Origin: an uncultured Gammaproteobacteria bacterium
GTDB taxonomy: Bacteria; Patescibacteriota; Patescibacteriia; UBA9934; GWF2-40-263
Assembly: GCA_964402425.1 (NCBI GenBank)
Contig: CAYOCD010000001.1
Coordinates: forward strand, 163,442 to 227,441
Length of the DNA: 64,000 nt
Direction of reading: 5' to 3'
Made by a program: the position numbers and the translations under genes. The notes beneath the pieces were generated by a model that worked only from the letters and a program-made list of their open reading frames with translations, was not told the origin of the DNA and did not search any database. This document shows positions 27,207 through 36,269 of this stretch, piece after piece; within the stretch, counting starts at the first letter, position 1, and each line of letters begins with the position of its first letter.

Positions 27207-28337
27207 ATGAATTGGAAATGGTGGACAAGTTCTCCTGCGGTACCTGCTGAAAAGCATCGAGACGCGCCACGAGAAAAAAAGCCGAAAAAAAGTACGTCGG
27301 TTTCGCTCGGGATTGCCTTTGATGATTTTCAAAACCTTTATGAACAATCCGTGTTGTGGGCCTTTAAAAAAGGCCAACCAATGGATCGCGACTCCCCAAT
27401 GGCGAGATGGAATTATCGAGAAGGTCCTGTTGTAGATCTTGAAAACACAGACGCTTTGAGACGAGGGTATTATCACCCTAATGGTGATCTCGATCAGATG
27501 CGTCAAATTGCCAGAGCGGATGTCATGAAAAACATCCCTGTTGATCTTCTCCTTGAATTTTTGAAAACCAAGGAAAGCAAAGATCTTCCGAACACACTCT
27601 ATGGTTTGTGCAAAGAAGCGATTGAATGGGCACGTCAACAAGATCTTATCAAGAAAGAACACTACAACCGAACAATGGACGATCAGCAAATCAAATCTCT
27701 CATCGAGACACATCAGGTTTCCTACTCTGTCATCTTGCACTACATCAAGAGCAGAATTGATGAAGAAGCCGATCGATTCCTTGGTTTCAACTCTGAACTT
27801 GAGATCATGATCAGTAAATACAAAAAAGGGCTATGGGAAGCTCAAGATCTTCTTACATCTGTTAAGAAAGATCTTCGAAATCCAACAGCTGCACGGCAGT
27901 TTCCTTACCTTCTTCGCGAACAACAGCAACTCGAAGAAACAATTTCCCGATACAACACAACAATCATCGCCCTTGAACATCACAAAAGATCACTCAGAAC
28001 ATTCTTTGAACTCTGTCGGAAAAAAATACAGATCTTAGAAGAACCTCTTGTACACGCACAACGCAGCCGTCGAATCGCGCGCGTTGTCGAAGAAGCAAAA
28101 CAAGGTGAGCTCGAAGCTCAACAGCTCATTTTGTCCACTCTGACCGATTTGTCCGGACGTCTCTGTTTGTTTCACGAAGAAATGATCGATCTCCTCACAA
28201 ATGTTGGCACAACCGTTGCCCCCATAATCAATAGTGCCGAGGAAAATCCACATGAAATTGTTCGAACCCTTGACTCTGTCGTCGAACGTTTCATGAGCGA
28301 ACTCACTCATGCACTCCCCACTTCTCCAGCCCCATAA
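27207..28337 (+). CDS. Hypothetical helical protein (about 376 aa)
   Basis: Start at MNWKWW with SD aagagg 8 nt upstream. No motifs recognised; the N-terminal basic stretch PREKKPKKSTS was noted. Confidence 0.5.
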   Translation: MNWKWWTSSPAVPAEKHRDAPREKKPKKSTSVSLGIAFDDFQNLYEQSVLWAFKKGQPMDRDSPMARWNYREGPVVDLENTDALRRGYYHPNGDLDQMRQIARADVMKNIPVDLLLEFLKTKESKDLPNTLYGLCKEAIEWARQQDLIKKEHYNRTMDDQQIKSLIETHQVSYSVILHYIKSRIDEEADRFLGFNSELEIMISKYKKGLWEAQDLLTSVKKDLRNPTAARQFPYLLREQQQLEETISRYNTTIIALEHHKRSLRTFFELCRKKIQILEEPLVHAQRSRRIARVVEEAKQGELEAQQLILSTLTDLSGRLCLFHEEMIDLLTNVGTTVAPIINSAEENPHEIVRTLDSVVERFMSELTHALPTSPAP

Positions 28338-28340
28338 CAC

Positions 28341-28366
28341 AAACATCCAAATGGATGTTTTTTTAA
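28341..28366 (+). terminator. Rho-independent terminator
   Basis: acatcca-aa-tggatgt followed by ttttttt just after the stop. Confidence 0.7.
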
Positions 28367-28429
28367 TACAACCACGGCTTTACAGAAAACAAACAAAAAA
28401 CCCATTCAATAGAATGAGTCAGATAACGA

Positions 28430-29263
28430 CTACCAGGTCTCCCGATGCTTCTTTCCATCAAGCAAATTGTCATGCGATCTTGTTTGGTGAGTTGTATTAG
28501 AACTTCCACCCGTTGATTCGCTGTAGTGATCACCAAAGATCCCTTCTCGATCTCGAGATATGGACTTCACTCCACCATCAGTACCGCGCGTCTCTCGATA
28601 GTGACCGCCGATGATGCCCTCACGATCACGTGTGCGCCCAATCACCTGTCCGGAAGCAGATCGATGCTCACGGTAATTGTCACCAGGTAAACCCTCTGCA
28701 TCGCGCGACTCGCTAATAAACTGACCTCGGCTGTTGTATGTTCGCCAAACAACATTACTGAGAAAATCCGTCTCTCTTACTGTCTTAAAGGGCTTGAACT
28801 TAAAGAGTTCTCTACAATCTTTGCACCGATTGGGCGGGTCCCATCCCTGCTTTACACAGTTGATGAGCGTGCCTGTTGGAATCGTAAATGTGCTCCCGCA
28901 ATGCGAGCACGACTTATACTGAGGCGGATGATTTTGCTTACATGTTTTGCAAAACACAGGAGGATGATCCCAGTCACGATTCGCATGAATCGTTCCACCA
29001 CATCCTTCACAAGGCTTATCATACCACTTGGCTTTCTGTGTTTCTTTGCAACCCGCACAATAGCGAGGAGGATTACTCCACTCTCGGTGAACACGTATGG
29101 CCGCACGACAAGACTCACACGGCTTTTCGTACCACATGCTTTGTCGCGTTTCCTTGCAAGATTTACAAATCGACGGAGGATTTGTCCAATCTTCATGAAC
29201 GCGTATTTCGCCTCCACAGTCTCCACAGGAAACGGTGTACCAACCGGCCATGACTCCTCCCAA
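28430..29263 (-). CDS. Cys-rich repeat protein: four tandem CxxC...CxxC zinc-ribbon-like modules then three R/D/E/G-rich C-terminal repeats; function unknown
   Basis: Repeats WYxxxCxxCGGxIxVHxDWxxPPxxCKxCKET x3 plus a degenerate fourth, then SRDREGIxGxHYxE-type units x3. GC-richer than neighbours by eye. The overlapping minus ORF 28852..29322 is rejected. Confidence 0.6.
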   Translation of the reverse strand: MGGVMAGWYTVSCGDCGGEIRVHEDWTNPPSICKSCKETRQSMWYEKPCESCRAAIRVHREWSNPPRYCAGCKETQKAKWYDKPCEGCGGTIHANRDWDHPPVFCKTCKQNHPPQYKSCSHCGSTFTIPTGTLINCVKQGWDPPNRCKDCRELFKFKPFKTVRETDFLSNVVWRTYNSRGQFISESRDAEGLPGDNYREHRSASGQVIGRTRDREGIIGGHYRETRGTDGGVKSISRDREGIFGDHYSESTGGSSNTTHQTRSHDNLLDGKKHRETW

Positions 29264-29326
29264 GAAACGCCTTTTTGGGACATTTCTCTAAAACTCTTAA
29301 CATCAAAACGCATTTTCGTCAATCAT

Positions 29327-29357
29327 AAAACCAAAGGCATTTGAAACCTTTGGTTTT
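29327..29357 (-). terminator. Rho-independent terminator downstream of asnS
   Basis: aaaaccaaagg-catttgaaa-cctttggtttt: 11-bp stem, followed on minus by a T-rich tract. Confidence 0.7.
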
Positions 29358-29372
29358 ATGTCTATTTTCTCT

Positions 29373-30671
29373 TTATGGAGTCAATCGATTGATCAATCGT
29401 GGAAATGGAATGGTTTCGCGAATGTGTTGAAGTCCGCACATCCAGGCTGTAATGCGTTCGAGTCCATAGCCGAAACCAGAGTGAGGAACGGATCCGTATT
29501 TACGCAGATCGAGATACCACTGAAATGGTTCAATCGCGAGATTGTGTTCACGCATTCTCTCGAGAAGCGTTTCGTAATCATCCTCACGTTGTGAACCTCC
29601 GATAATTTCGCCGTACCCTTCTGGTGCGAGCATGTCGTTGTTCAAAACGAATTCTGGATTTGCAGGATCGCGCTTCATGTAAAACGCTTTCACAGCCGCA
29701 GGATATTTTTCAATAAAGATCGGGCGATCAAATTGTTGTGTAAGAATTGTCTCATCGTCCGCACCCAAGTCATCCATATCTCCAATGTCGCTCCCGAGCT
29801 CGCGCAACTTCGCGATCGCTTCTTGGTGCGTCATGTGAACGAACGGCGCTTGGATTGCTTCGAGAGGTTTTGTGTCACGCTCAAGAACTTTAAGTTCGTG
29901 CTGACAGTTTGCAAGAACATCATGAACAATGCGGCAAATGAGTCCTTCCTGAATTTGCATGTTGCCTTGATGCTCAACAAAGGCAGCCTCTGCATCCATC
30001 ATCCAGAATTCTGTGAGGTGACGGCGTGTCTTTGATTTTTCTGCGCGGAACACTGGCCCAAAGTCGAATGCACGACCAAGGGACATGATTCCCGCCTCAA
30101 GATAAAGCTGACCAGATTGGGAGAGATACGCTTTGCCCATGTCGAAATATTCCATTTCGAAAAGCTCTGTTGTTCCCTCGCAAGAGGTTGGTGTAAGAAT
30201 TGGTGTATCAAATTTTACAAAATCATTTTCAGCAAAGTATGCGTACGTAGAGTTGATGATTTGGTTTCGAACGCGTTGAATCGCCCACTGTTTATCGGAA
30301 CGAAGCCACAAATGACGTTCGTCAAGCAAGAAGTCTGGACCATGATCTTTTTTTCCAATCGGAAATTCATCGGTCGCAAGCGCAACAATCTCAAGTCCAA
30401 GTCCATCAAGTTCAAATCCACTTGGTGCACGTGTATCTTCTTTTACACGACCAAGAACGCGAACAGAAGATTCGAGACGCAATGACTCGAGTGCTGTCCA
30501 CGTTTCTTCCGATACATCCGCTTTTGAATACACAATCTGTACACGAGCGGATCCATCACGCAACTGCAAAAAGAAAATTTTTCCGCTGGAACGAAAGTTG
30601 TATGCCCAACCTTGCAGTTGAACTTCTTGACCAACGTATTGGCCGATCGATTTGATGAGAGTTGAGATCAT
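29373..30671 (-). CDS. asnS: Asparaginyl-tRNA synthetase
   Basis: Class IIb core FRAEKSKTRRHLTEFWMMDAE, motif 3 GFGYGLERI, N-terminal OB domain. Start taken at MISTLIK. Confidence 0.9.
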   Translation of the reverse strand: MISTLIKSIGQYVGQEVQLQGWAYNFRSSGKIFFLQLRDGSARVQIVYSKADVSEETWTALESLRLESSVRVLGRVKEDTRAPSGFELDGLGLEIVALATDEFPIGKKDHGPDFLLDERHLWLRSDKQWAIQRVRNQIINSTYAYFAENDFVKFDTPILTPTSCEGTTELFEMEYFDMGKAYLSQSGQLYLEAGIMSLGRAFDFGPVFRAEKSKTRRHLTEFWMMDAEAAFVEHQGNMQIQEGLICRIVHDVLANCQHELKVLERDTKPLEAIQAPFVHMTHQEAIAKLRELGSDIGDMDDLGADDETILTQQFDRPIFIEKYPAAVKAFYMKRDPANPEFVLNNDMLAPEGYGEIIGGSQREDDYETLLERMREHNLAIEPFQWYLDLRKYGSVPHSGFGYGLERITAWMCGLQHIRETIPFPRLINRLTP

Positions 30672-31444
30672 ACATGTTTGCATGCCTCTCGCATGGAGAC
30701 AGCGGGAATAACGGGAAAGTGAGCGATGATAAGAGATTCGATTGTTTCGTGAAAAGAAGCAAGGGTGTTTCCTGATAAATGCGGACGGAGTTGCTCTGGA
30801 AATTCTTGTGTGAGAGCGAAGCGCAAAAGTTTTAGTGTAACGTCATCAATGAGACGTGCGGAAAACCATTGCTCGCGATCTTTTTCAAAACAGATTGAAC
30901 AGATCACTCCCCCTTTAAGGGCATGCCATCGATAATTTCCCTCGCGAATCGCAAGGCGACACACAAGACAATGGCTCAATTCTGGATGATACCCGAGATG
31001 GGATAAAAATTTCAAGGCAAACGTCGCAAGCAGAAATCCGGCGCGTTCGGCCGTAATTTCAGGGATTTTTTCAACAAATTCAAGCCAATTCATCAAAAAA
31101 TCATATAAATCTTCGTCGAGTTCGTGGGTGCGCGTCCCAAGATCCACGAAGGCAAACGCGTTTTGAACGAGTGTTGTCTTTGTTAAATTCTCGTATACAG
31201 ATCTGAATCCACGCAGTCGATCTGTTCCTGCGACAGTAAAATACTGTCGGCCGTCGACAAGTAGCAGTCGAACTTCTGCGTGCGCTTCAAGATGCGGAGT
31301 GAGTTTTGCAAGTGGCTTTGATCCTCCACGCGCCACAAACTCAATCTTTCCATGCTCCCGCGTAAACGCAGAATACGACCGATCATGTTCTCTATAAGGC
31401 CGCCACGAAAGCACGAGCGCCGTTGTCTCGAACAATACAGACAT
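30668..31444 (-). CDS. recO: DNA repair protein RecO
   Basis: N-terminal OB fold, C-terminal zinc finger CLVCRL...CSIC; about 258 aa. Confidence 0.85.
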   Translation of the reverse strand: MSVLFETTALVLSWRPYREHDRSYSAFTREHGKIEFVARGGSKPLAKLTPHLEAHAEVRLLLVDGRQYFTVAGTDRLRGFRSVYENLTKTTLVQNAFAFVDLGTRTHELDEDLYDFLMNWLEFVEKIPEITAERAGFLLATFALKFLSHLGYHPELSHCLVCRLAIREGNYRWHALKGGVICSICFEKDREQWFSARLIDDVTLKLLRFALTQEFPEQLRPHLSGNTLASFHETIESLIIAHFPVIPAVSMREACKHV

Positions 31445-31445
31445 A

Positions 31446-31838
31446 TTAAACGCGATTCAAGTACGATTGAAGAATGATCATGGCCGCAAGCGCATCTTCT
31501 TCTGCTTCCGCCCCTTCCTCATTCATCAACCGACGACTTTCCGCTGTTGTGAACGATTCGTCTTCTTCTTCAATCGGGAGGTCTGTAAACTTTTTTAACT
31601 TGTCGACAAACGCACGAACAATCGCGATTTGTTTTTCGTTCGAATGATTTCCAACCGCACTTGGAATCCCAATGACAACTCCTTCCATATCCTCTTTTTT
31701 GAGAATCGAAACAATATCCCGAATCGCTTCGTCTCCTTGTTTCCAGATCACTTCAAGCGGCACAGCAATTTTTGTTTCTGTGTCACCAAACGCGAGTCCG
31801 ATTTTTCGTTTACCGTAGTCGATTCCAAGGAGGCGCAT
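31446..31838 (-). CDS. ruvX: Putative pre-16S rRNA nuclease / Holliday junction resolvase-like YqgF (RuvX)
   Basis: MRLLGIDYGKRKIGLAFGD (RNase H-like YqgF signature), acidic tail. Confidence 0.85.
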   Translation of the reverse strand: MRLLGIDYGKRKIGLAFGDTETKIAVPLEVIWKQGDEAIRDIVSILKKEDMEGVVIGIPSAVGNHSNEKQIAIVRAFVDKLKKFTDLPIEEEDESFTTAESRRLMNEEGAEAEEDALAAMIILQSYLNRV

Positions 31839-31840
31839 AC

Positions 31841-32161
31841 TTAAAGTTCTTTCGAAGAAATAATCTTCTTTCCCACCGCACCCGCGAACAATCGAATCGC
31901 CGGGCGGTCTTCTTTTTTATATATGATTGGAACTCCGAGAAGTGTTTTACATTTCGGACATTCGAGATTCGACTTCAGCCATTTATGTGTGTCGACATTC
32001 ACCATCCGATCAAGATACATCCGTTTCAGAATTCCCGGTCCGTCTTTTTGATAAATCACAATCGGCGCTATGCACGATTCGCAAAACACCTGAAGCCAAC
32101 GCGAAAATCCTCCGCGTGCTTTTTTGAACTTATCCGATTGGAATTTTGAATTTTTAGACAC
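31841..32161 (-). CDS. Small hypothetical zinc-ribbon protein (CxxC...CPKC)
   Basis: 106 aa; Cys pairs FCESC and ECPKC about 45 aa apart. Confidence 0.45.
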   Translation of the reverse strand: MSKNSKFQSDKFKKARGGFSRWLQVFCESCIAPIVIYQKDGPGILKRMYLDRMVNVDTHKWLKSNLECPKCKTLLGVPIIYKKEDRPAIRLFAGAVGKKIISSKEL

Positions 32162-32163
32162 AG

Positions 32164-32496
32164 TTATTTTAACTTTGCTTTTCTACGCGCTTCATAATTC
32201 CATGGAGTCTCTTTTGAGATACGATCAGGTCCCGCATCAAAAACATACTCCTCGATAAATGGAATAACGATATCTCTGTGAAACTTTTCTCCACGAAACT
32301 TATCTGAATCATTCCAAATATAGACTATTGCTTGAGCTTTCCCGCCCATACGTAAAGCTTTAACAACTTTCCGAAGTGATGTGGACTTTATATCTTCCAG
32401 TTCAAGTCCATTTTCTTTCATGAGAGTCTGCAGCTGATCCGCAACCATATTCCCTTCTGCAATTTCGCGCTCAATTTGTTCGCGTCCTTCAGACAT
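32164..32496 (-). CDS. Hypothetical 110-aa protein in the position usually taken by infA/rpmJ after map
   Basis: No IF-1 OB signature. Charged N-terminal helix; not assignable. Confidence 0.45.
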   Translation of the reverse strand: MSEGREQIEREIAEGNMVADQLQTLMKENGLELEDIKSTSLRKVVKALRMGGKAQAIVYIWNDSDKFRGEKFHRDIVIPFIEEYVFDAGPDRISKETPWNYEARRKAKLK

Positions 32497-32505
32497 ATAA
32501 AAATG

Positions 32506-33288
32506 TTAGATGGGTAATGGTGTCAAAATTTCTGTACCGTTTTTTGTGATCGCAATCGTTACTTCAAAATGCGCACCAATCGACCCATCCGCCATAACAA
32601 CCGCCCAACCGTCATCTGCAGTATCAACGCGATAATCTCCACCCATCCCAAACATCGGCTCAAGGGCAAGACACATTCCTTCTTTCAATTTTACAAATGG
32701 ATATTGTGGCGAAACAAAATTCGGCACGTGTGGTTTCTCATGTACCGCATGACCAACTCCGTGACCAACAAGCGCACGAACATTTCCGTATTTATGTGGT
32801 TTCACAATTTTTTCAATTGCGGTACTAATGTCTTTCACATCACCACCGACATGTGCAGCCGCGACTCCTGCGAGCAGGGCTTCTTTTGTGACCGCAAGAA
32901 GTTTTACAATCTTCTCAGGTGGATTCTCACCGACATAAACTGAAACAGCCATGTCTGTACACAATCCTTTGTACCAGCATCCAATGTCGAGTCCGAGAAC
33001 ATCCCCTTCGATAAGGACACGATCGCGATTTCCGAGTCCATGCACAATCTCTTCATTTACGGAAAGACAAATCGTACTTGGAAATGGTGTATCCAATGGC
33101 GAAGATTTGTAATGCAAAAATGATGGCGTTGCGCCTTCTGCCCGCATGCTCGCCTCACCAATCGCATCAATCTCACGAAGAGTCATTCCTGGACGCACCG
33201 AATCAACCGCGGCTTTAAGCGCACGGGAGAGAATGTGGCCACCTTCGCGCATGGCGTCGATTTCTTGTGGAGTCTTAATGAGGGACAT
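32506..33288 (-). CDS. map: Methionine aminopeptidase type I
   Basis: Metal ligands in D..D...H...E...E context (GHGVGHAVHE, ALEPM). Start at MSLIKTPQEID overlaps the adk end. Confidence 0.9.
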   Translation of the reverse strand: MSLIKTPQEIDAMREGGHILSRALKAAVDSVRPGMTLREIDAIGEASMRAEGATPSFLHYKSSPLDTPFPSTICLSVNEEIVHGLGNRDRVLIEGDVLGLDIGCWYKGLCTDMAVSVYVGENPPEKIVKLLAVTKEALLAGVAAAHVGGDVKDISTAIEKIVKPHKYGNVRALVGHGVGHAVHEKPHVPNFVSPQYPFVKLKEGMCLALEPMFGMGGDYRVDTADDGWAVVMADGSIGAHFEVTIAITKNGTEILTPLPI

Positions 33289-33940
33289 AGCAGAATTGTT
33301 CAATGGCGTCGACGAGTCGTTTTTGGACTTCTTCCACCGTACCAAGACCATCAACGTGATGAATTGGAATTCCTGTTTGGACGTATTCGTCGATCACAGC
33401 AAATGTTTCTGTTTGATAAATTTGTAATCGTTTTTCGATCGCTTCAGGTACATCATCTTTTCTGACAAACAATGTTCCGCCATCCGGTGTTTTTTCTCCG
33501 GCAACATGCCCATCTTTTGTGCTGTAAATTTTTCCCGTCTTGTCATCAGTCAATCGTCCTTTCAAACGTTCAAGCGAAACATCATGTGGAATGTGAATGA
33601 TAATCAGATGCGATGGACGATCAAAATCAAATGCCTTCGCCTGCGCGCGATCACGTGGAAAACCATCAAGAATGTATCCATCCTTCGCATCAGGATTCGC
33701 AAGACGACGCTTTAACAAATCGGCGGCGTCCATGTCTGCAATCAATTTTCCTTCTTCCACAATTGGCGCAAATCGCTTTCCCACATCTGAACCTGTCGAA
33801 ATCTCATCACGAATCAACTGCCCCATGCTGAACGTTGGGATGCCGAATTCTTCCGAAAGTAAGTGAGCTTGAGTTCCCTTTCCGCTTCCTTGAGGTCCAA
33901 ATAAAATGACCTTGTAGGGCTTGTTTTGAAGTTGATGCAT
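33275..33940 (-). CDS. adk: Adenylate kinase
   Basis: P-loop GPQGSGKGTQ and LID region; 221 aa. Confidence 0.95.
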   Translation of the reverse strand: MHQLQNKPYKVILFGPQGSGKGTQAHLLSEEFGIPTFSMGQLIRDEISTGSDVGKRFAPIVEEGKLIADMDAADLLKRRLANPDAKDGYILDGFPRDRAQAKAFDFDRPSHLIIIHIPHDVSLERLKGRLTDDKTGKIYSTKDGHVAGEKTPDGGTLFVRKDDVPEAIEKRLQIYQTETFAVIDEYVQTGIPIHHVDGLGTVEEVQKRLVDAIEQFCYVPH

Positions 33941-34034
33941 ACTGTATTGAATGTGAAGAGTAAGCCCCTCATTCTCATCTCGACGGACAGGAATGAATGC
34001 TTGGGTAGTATAGCAAATATCGGATTTTTGGCGA

Positions 34035-34063
34035 GAAAAAAGCCCCGATGAACCATCAGGGCT
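34035..34063 (-). terminator. Terminator after the inserted secY-adk ORF
   Basis: Minus strand: agccctgatggttcatcggggct followed by tttttt. Followed by a TATACT -10-like box ahead of adk. Confidence 0.6.
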
Positions 34064-34418
34064 TAAGGATCCTAAAAGAGGTACATTTCTTACGTCGATT
34101 CCTTCCGAACTCTTTCACTCCTCCGCGATACTGAACAGAATCTTCATAACGAGACTCAAGTTGAAGTGTCACACCCGGAGTGACAAGGCGGCGACTTGTC
34201 TCTGAAAACCAAGTCCACGGAAACAATTCATCTCCCGACGGATCCTCAGGATCCATTTTTTCCACGACAAATTTCTTTTCCTCACATCTTCGAAACAGAG
34301 TCCGAAAGACAAAACCTTTGTCTGTCACAGAAACGACAGTCCCGATTTGTTGAGACAAGAGCGTTACGGCCGTGGGTTGCTCCTGCCAAAATCTACGAAC
34401 AAGGCCGATTGATGCCAT
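34056..34418 (-). CDS. Hypothetical 120-aa protein inserted between secY and adk, with its own promoter-like sequence, SD and terminator
   Basis: The ORF track starts with TTG at 34454. ATG at MASIGLV has SD ggtgga 6 nt upstream. A TTGACG-17-TAAGTT promoter-like sequence lies just downstream of the secY terminator. Confidence 0.45.
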   Translation of the reverse strand: MASIGLVRRFWQEQPTAVTLLSQQIGTVVSVTDKGFVFRTLFRRCEEKKFVVEKMDPEDPSGDELFPWTWFSETSRRLVTPGVTLQLESRYEDSVQYRGGVKEFGRNRRKKCTSFRILKP

Positions 34419-34496
34419 GAGATATCCACCCATTCTTATGTTAAGAAATGCCAATGAAACTTAGCAAGCAATCATCGCCGCGTCAATGCTGTGCTA

Positions 34497-34523
34497 TCAA
34501 AAAACAGCCCCGAAGAGCTGTTT
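34497..34523 (-). terminator. Terminator after secY
   Basis: Minus strand: aacagctcttcggggctgtt followed by ttttgatagc. Confidence 0.6.
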
Positions 34524-34531
34524 TCTTTCAT

Positions 34532-35794
34532 TTATAGATCGTACTCACGCATGGTGAGTTGTGCCTCAATCTGTTTCACACTATCAATCACAACTGCGAC
34601 GATAATGAGAATGGATGTTCCACCAATGACGAGATTTTGGCTTCCTGTAAAGTGCTGCACGATGAGTGGCAACACGGCAATAACTGCCAGGAATGTTGCT
34701 CCAAGGAGCAACAAACGATTCGTCACAAAGCTGAGATAATCTGCTGTGTGTTTTCCTGGTCTAATTCCAGGGATGAATCCACCTTGCTTTTGAATATTTT
34801 CCGCCACTTGTTCCGGGTGAAAAATCACCGATGTGTAGAAGTAGGCGAACAAGAAGACAAGAGCAAAGAATGAAACTCCGTAGAAGAGTTGATTTTGGAA
34901 GATTTGCAATACCTGCGTTGCCGCATCACGCAAAAATGGTGTTTTTGCATTCAAGAAAAACTGTGCGAGAACGGTTGGAAACAAGATGATAGAAATTGCG
35001 AAAATGATTGGAATAACTCCACCCATATTCAAACGAATTGGAATGTGTGAGCTGACACCACCCGCAAGACGTGACCCTTGAATATGACGAGCATATTGTA
35101 CAGGAACATTTCTTTGAGCTTCATTCATGATAACAATTCCGATAACAGTCACAATAACGACCACAACGAAAAGGATCAATGTTATGAGCTGACTCTTGTC
35201 ATAAACAGCAAGCGATTGGCTCAAAATGGTTGGAAGTCCTGCTACAATTCCAGAAAGAATAATGATTGAAATTCCATTACCGATATTCTTTTCCGTAATC
35301 AATTCTCCAAGCCACATAAGGAAAATCGTTCCTGCGGTCATACTAATGATCGCAAAAAGAATTGATGTGCTTTGAATTCCTGTAAAAAATTGACCTTGTC
35401 GCGAAAGAAGCAAAATCAAGCTGTAGGCTTGAATAAAGCTTAAAGGCACTGCGAGCCAACGTGTCCACATGCTGATTTTCTGTCTTCCTGATTCTTCTTT
35501 TTGCATTTGCTCAAATGCAGGTACAATCATTCCTAACAATTGGAAAATAATCGACGCTGTGATATAAGGCATGACCCCCATAGCTACAACCGAAAAATTT
35601 TGCAATGTCCCACCGGAAAAAATATTCAAAAGTCCTAGAAATTGATTTTTTGAAAACACTTGTGCAAGTGCACTCGCATCAATTCCTGGAGCAGGAATAT
35701 GTGCTGCAATACGAAAAATCACGAGCATAAGGAGAACAAAGAGCAAGCTTGAGCGTAGCTCTCTTGTTTTCCAGATGCGAAGAAGAGTGTTCAT
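34532..35794 (-). CDS. secY: Preprotein translocase subunit SecY
   Basis: 420 aa, 10 TM helices, conserved plug/hinge motifs. Confidence 0.95.
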   Translation of the reverse strand: MNTLLRIWKTRELRSSLLFVLLMLVIFRIAAHIPAPGIDASALAQVFSKNQFLGLLNIFSGGTLQNFSVVAMGVMPYITASIIFQLLGMIVPAFEQMQKEESGRQKISMWTRWLAVPLSFIQAYSLILLLSRQGQFFTGIQSTSILFAIISMTAGTIFLMWLGELITEKNIGNGISIIILSGIVAGLPTILSQSLAVYDKSQLITLILFVVVVIVTVIGIVIMNEAQRNVPVQYARHIQGSRLAGGVSSHIPIRLNMGGVIPIIFAISIILFPTVLAQFFLNAKTPFLRDAATQVLQIFQNQLFYGVSFFALVFLFAYFYTSVIFHPEQVAENIQKQGGFIPGIRPGKHTADYLSFVTNRLLLLGATFLAVIAVLPLIVQHFTGSQNLVIGGTSILIIVAVVIDSVKQIEAQLTMREYDL

Positions 35795-35830
35795 AGAGGG
35801 AGATTTGAAAGACGAGGATGTTCCGAAAAA

Positions 35831-36265
35831 CTACACAACAGATCCACCAGCTTGTTCAATCTTTTCTTTTGCAGAAGCAGATACAAGGCAACCTTGAAGA
35901 ACAATCTTTGAAGCAATTGTTCCTTTTCCAAGAACTTTAATGGTTGCTGTCGCATCTGTAATAAGTTTTTTTGCAAGCAAGTGTTTTGGGGTAATTTTAC
36001 CTCCATCAATAAACATTTTTGCAAGATCTCCAATATTCAAAACTTGAGCTTTTGGATTCTTTGCTTTAAATCCACGTAATTTTGGTGTGGAAAGAATGAT
36101 TTTGCGCATTCCTTTCAACTTCAATCCAGAAACACCAGAACGTGCCCCTTGTCCTTTAACTCCACGACCGGAGTAAGTTCCTTTAGATCCCAAACCACGA
36201 CCGATATATTTTCGATCCTTTTTTGAGTGTGGACTTGGTTTCAGTGTGTGAAGTGAAAGTGACAT
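35831..36265 (-). CDS. rplO: 50S ribosomal protein L15
   Basis: GRGxGSGKGKTSGRG-type Gly-rich N-terminus. Start taken at MSLSLHTL; abuts rpsE with no L30 gene in between. Confidence 0.9.
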   Translation of the reverse strand: MSLSLHTLKPSPHSKKDRKYIGRGLGSKGTYSGRGVKGQGARSGVSGLKLKGMRKIILSTPKLRGFKAKNPKAQVLNIGDLAKMFIDGGKITPKHLLAKKLITDATATIKVLGKGTIASKIVLQGCLVSASAKEKIEQAGGSVV

Positions 36266-36269
36266 ACAA

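Noticed and set aside
28852-29322. 156-aa minus ORF overlapping the Cys-rich gene
   Set aside because: Alternative frame of the same GC-rich stretch. The Cys-repeat frame is internally consistent (four aligned modules).
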